The position numbers and the translations under genes were made by a program. A DNA stretch of 64,000 nucleotides. It comes from Mustelus asterias. Its lineage: Eukaryota. Positions 60,219-64,000 of this stretch are shown here, in pieces. Each line of letters opens with the position of its first letter. Position 1 is the first letter of the stretch. The stretch spans positions 127,658,001 to 127,722,000 of the forward strand of contig NC_135803.1 of the NCBI RefSeq assembly GCF_964213995.1, in the 5' to 3' direction. The notes below the pieces were generated by a model. It was given only the letters and a program-made list of their open reading frames with translations. It did not search any database and was not told where the DNA came from.

Positions 60219-62460
60219 AGTGGTCTCTGTTCTCAAACAGGGCACAGACACAGAAATCAAATTACAGAATACTGATTAGAATGCAAATCTCTACAGCCAG
60301 CCAGGTCTTAAATGTACAGACAATGTGGGGGGAGGGAGCATTCAACACAGGTTAAAGAGATGTGTATTGTCTCCAGACAGTACAGCTTGTGAAATTGTGC
60401 AAGTCCAGGAGGCAAGCTGTGGGGGTTACTGATAATGTGACATAAATCCAACATCCCGGTTTAGACCGTCCTCACGTGTGCGGAACTTGGCTATCAGTTT
60501 CTGCTCAGTGACTCTGCGCTGTCGTGTGTCGTGAAGGCCGCCTTGGAGAACGCTTACCTGAAGATCCAAGGCTGAATGCCCGTGACTGCTGAAGTGCTCC
60601 CCCACAGGAAGAGAACAGTCTTGCCTGGTGATTGTCGAGCGGTGTTCATTCATCCGTTGTCGTAGCGTCTGCATGGTTTCCCCAATGTACCATGCCTCGG
60701 GACATCCTTTCTTGCAGCGTATCAGGGAGACAACGTTGGCCGAGTTGCAAGAGTAGGTACCGTGTACCTGGTAGATGGTGTTCTCACGTGAGATGATGGC
60801 ATCCGTGTTGATGATCCGGCACGTCTTGCAGAGGTTGCTGTGGCAGGGTTGTGTGATGTCGTGGTCACTGTTCTCCTGAAGGCTGGGTAGTTTGCTGCGG
60901 ACAATGGTCTGTTTGAGGTTCCGTGGTTGTTTGAAGGCAAGAAGTGGGGGTGTGGGGATGGCCTTGGCGAGATGTTCGTCTTCATCAATGACATGTTGAA
61001 GGCTCCGGAGGAGATGCCGTAGCTTCTCCGCTCCGGGGAAGTACTGGACGACGAAGGGTACTCTGTCCACCGTGTCCCGTGTTTGTCTTCTGAGGAGGTC
61101 GGTGCGGTTTTTCACTGTGGCGCGTCGGAACTGTTGATCGATGAGTCGAGCGCCATATCCTGTTCTTATGAGGGCATCTTTCAGCGTCTGGAGGTGTCTG
61201 TTGCGATCCTCCTCATCCGAGCAGATCCTGTGTATTCGGAGGGCTTGTCCGTAGGGGATGGCTTCTTTTACGTGTTTAGGGTGGAAGCTGGAGAAGTGGA
61301 GCATCATGAGGTTATCCGTGGGCTTGCGGTACAGTGAGGTGCTGAGGTGACCGTCCTTAATGGAGATGCGTGTGTCCAAGAATGCAACCGATTCCGGAGA
61401 GTAGTCCATGGTGAGTCTGATGGTTCCAAGAATGCAACCGATTCCGGAGAGTAGTCCATGGTGAGCCTGATGGTTCCAAGAATGCAACCGATTCCGGAGA
61501 GTAGTCCTCATAAGAACAGGATATGGCGCTCGACTCATCGATCAACAGTTCCGATGCGCCACAGCGAAAAACCGCACCGACCTCCTCAGAAGACAAACAC
61601 GGGGCACGGTGGACAGAGTACCCTTCGTCGTCCAGTACTTCCCCGGAGCGGAGAAGCTACGGCATCTCCTCCGGAGCCTTCAACATGTCATTGATGAAGA
61701 CGAACATCTCGCCAAGGCCATCCCCACACCCCCACTTCTTGCCTTCAAACAACCACGGAACCTCAAACAGACCATTGTCCGCAGCAAACTACCCAGCCTT
61801 CAGGAGAACAGTGACCACGACACCACACAACCCTGCCACAGCAACCTCTGCAAGACGTGCCGGATCATCAACACGGATGCCATCATCTCACGTGAGAACA
61901 CCATCTACCAGGTACACGGTACCTACTCTTGCAACTCGGCCAACGTTGTCTACCTGATACGCTGCAAGAAAGGATGTCCCGAGGCATGGTACATTGGGGA
62001 AACCATGCAGACGCTACGACAACGGATGAATGAACACCGCTCGACAATCACCAGGCAAGACTGTTCTCTTCCTGTGGGGGAGCACTTCAGCAGTCACGGG
62101 CATTCAGCCTTGGATCTTCAGGTAAGCATTCTCCAAGGCGGCCTTCACGACACACGACAGCGCAGAGTCACTGAGCAGAAACTGATAGCCAAGTTCCGCA
62201 CATGTGAGGACGGTCTAAACCAGGATGTTGGATTTATGTCACATTATCAGTAACCCCCACAGCTTGCCTCCTGGACTTGCACAATTTCACAAGCTGTACT
62301 GTCTGGAGACAATACACATCTCTTTAACCTGTGTTGAATGCTCCCTCCCCCCACATTGTCTGTACATTTAAGACCTGGCTGGCTGTAGAGATTTGCATTC
62401 TAATCAGTATTCTGTAATTTGATTTCTGTGTCTGTGCCCTGTTTGAGAACAGAGACCACT

Positions 62461-62497
62461 CCATCTGACGAAGGAGCATTGCTCCGAAAGCTTATGG
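62461..62497 (+). ncRNA. Minimal type I hammerhead ribozyme motif (right pLTR)
   Basis: CCAT-CTGACGA-A-GGAGC-ATT-GCTCC-GAAA-GCTT-ATGG: stem I, CUGANGA core, stem II, GAAA, palindromic AAGCTT stem III. Confidence 0.8.
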
Positions 62498-63010
62498 TAT
62501 TTGCTACCAAATAAACCTGTTGGACTTTAACCTGGTGTTGTGAGACTTCTTACTGTGCTTACCCCAGTCCAACGCCGGCATCTCCACATCATTACATGAT
62601 GTTACCAGTCTCCTATTTTCTCTTACACAGTCATTATTATATATTACTCCAGAGAACACCCATTTATATTTACATTCATTGGTTAATTAAACACATTTAC
62701 AGAGGTGGCCGACACTAATTGGTTCTGACCTCTGATCATGCACTGTCCATGAGTCTCTGCCAAGGTTAGCTGATCACAGCGCTGTGAATATAAGCAGCAC
62801 ATCCCAGCATGTTGTAACATTGTAACATGCCCCAGGACAAGTAAAACCTGAAACGTCAGCATGATTTATCTCATGAGAAAATGTTAGTATAAATACATTG
62901 TGGAAATTGTTATAATTGTTTTGTATCTATGTTTTTTTCCATTAGGTGTATTTTACTTTTAGCACGCTGAATCTTTGATTTATGTGGATGTTAACATTTT
63001 TTATTTTTAG

Positions 63011-63169
63011 TGGTTTGGACTACTCTCAACCTTGGCATGAGAGCTTTGTGAAAGCTCGAGAGGAGATTAAAAAGAATCTCTACATCCTTCATCCAGTCAT
63101 GCAGGCAGTTCTCGATTTGGGTTATGTTACTTTTTCCAACTTGATTCTTGTGAATGTGTCTGATTGCAG
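63011..63169 (+). CDS. DNAH12: DNAH12 coding exon 6 (gene continues beyond the window)
   Basis: ttttag|T GGT TTG...TGC AG|gtatga; GLDYSQPWHESFVKAREEIKKNLYILHPVMQAVLDLGYVTFSNLILVNVSDCR. Confidence 0.92.
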
Positions 63170-63303
63170 GTATGAAGAACTATTTTTTAATGTCAAGAAT
63201 CAATCTATTTTGTAACAGGACATTTTCAAATCTAATTTCGCGGACATTTAAAACGCTGACATTATAAAAATTTACAAACAGCAGTGATTTTTAAACATTC
63301 ATT

Positions 63304-63438
63304 GGCCGGAATCTTACCACTGTTCACGCTGGTAGGATTTTCCCATCCTGCCGCAGTGAACAGAGATTGGCTGACTGCCAAATTCTCCGACCTTGCTATA
63401 GCGGGAGCGTGGCGTGAACGGCAGGTAAGATCGCGCCC
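63304..63438. mobile_element. Harbinger/Tourist-like MITE
   Basis: TIRs GGCCGGAATCTTACC / GGTAAGATCGCGCCC; 3-bp TSD ATT on both sides; similar element at about 13800-13924. Confidence 0.7.
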
Positions 63439-63514
63439 ATTATGTTTTGCAAAAAATAATGTTGTTGTCTTGTTACTTTGCATTTGTATACTATGAATTG
63501 AATTACTAATTAGA

Positions 63515-63851
63515 CGGTGGTTGGCACTGCTGCCTCACAGCGCCAGGGACCCAGGCTCGATTCTGACCTTGGGTGTCAATCTGTGTGGAGTATGCATGTT
63601 CTCCCCATGTCTGTGTGGGTTTTCTCCAGGTGCTCAGGTTCCCTCCCACTGTCCAAAGTTAAGTGGATTGGCCATGCTAAACCTCCCCTTAGTGTCCAAA
63701 GATGTGTAGGTTAGGGGGATTAGTGGGGTAAATGTGGGATTACATGGATAGTCATGATGTGGAGATGCCGGCGTTGGACTGGGGTAAACACAGTAAGAAG
63801 TTTAACAACACCAGGTTAAAGTCCAACAGGTTTATTTGGTAGCAAAAGCCA
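63515..63851. mobile_element. HE1-like SINE (+, 63515-63750) abutting a Penelope pLTR tail fragment (-, 63755-63851)
   Basis: SINE head and body, then TGATGTGGAGATGCCGGCGTTGGACTGGGGTAA..., closely matching the reverse complement of 62495-62591. Confidence 0.8.
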
Positions 63852-64000
63852 CAACAATACTCACAATATTGAGATGAATGGCAAGTTACTTTTTTAAAGG
63901 AAGCATTGTGGTGCAGCATGTGAAAATAATTCATCTCCTCTCTTCAATTATTACCTGACACCAACAGGCAAACCCATTCTGATGTTTTTAATAATATAAT

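Larger units (their letters stand above)
60124..62591. mobile_element. Penelope-like retroelement in inverted arrangement (RT C-terminus plus GIY-YIG endonuclease, two pLTRs)
   Basis: ORFs 60426..61538(-) and 61609..62253(+): FLDTRISI..LYRKPTD, NVVYLIRC..C..WYIGET..LRQRMNEH; TSD TTACATGATGTT (60112-60123, 62592-62603); 36-nt 3' tail at 62556-62591. Confidence 0.95.

Noticed and set aside
61375-61507. Direct repeats as a CRISPR-like array
   Set aside because: Contiguous tandem copies with no unique spacers, inside a eukaryotic retroelement.

Overview
Vertebrate genomic DNA. The repeat content (HE1-type tRNA SINEs, CR1 LINEs, Deu-domain SINEs, Penelope elements) points to an elasmobranch, probably a shark. 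Four spliced protein-coding genes were reconstructed by hand from GT-AG junctions, mostly from exons absent from the ORF track: the 5' part of PDE12 (minus, exons 1-2), a complete 10-exon ATP6AP1/Ac45-family gene (minus, 459 aa, ATP6AP1L-like C-terminal half but with a full N-terminal luminal domain), a complete 4-exon RPS23 (plus, 143 aa, head-to-head with the Ac45-family gene), and the 5' part of DNAH12 (plus, 6 coding exons, RFX X-box promoter). A 200-N gap lies at 6985-7184. The rest is transposon-rich intron and intergenic DNA. Most notable: (1) a tandem U1-derived plus U2-derived snRNA-like composite pointing away from the DNAH12 promoter (SINEU-like); (2) the RPS23/ATP6AP1L-like pair sitting between PDE12 and DNAH12, which are neighbours in human; (3) a young Penelope insertion forming a 1050-bp inverted repeat with hammerhead ribozyme motifs in a DNAH12 intron. 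Homology calls rest on recalled sequences, not on database searches. Repeat boundaries are approximate unless a TSD is quoted.
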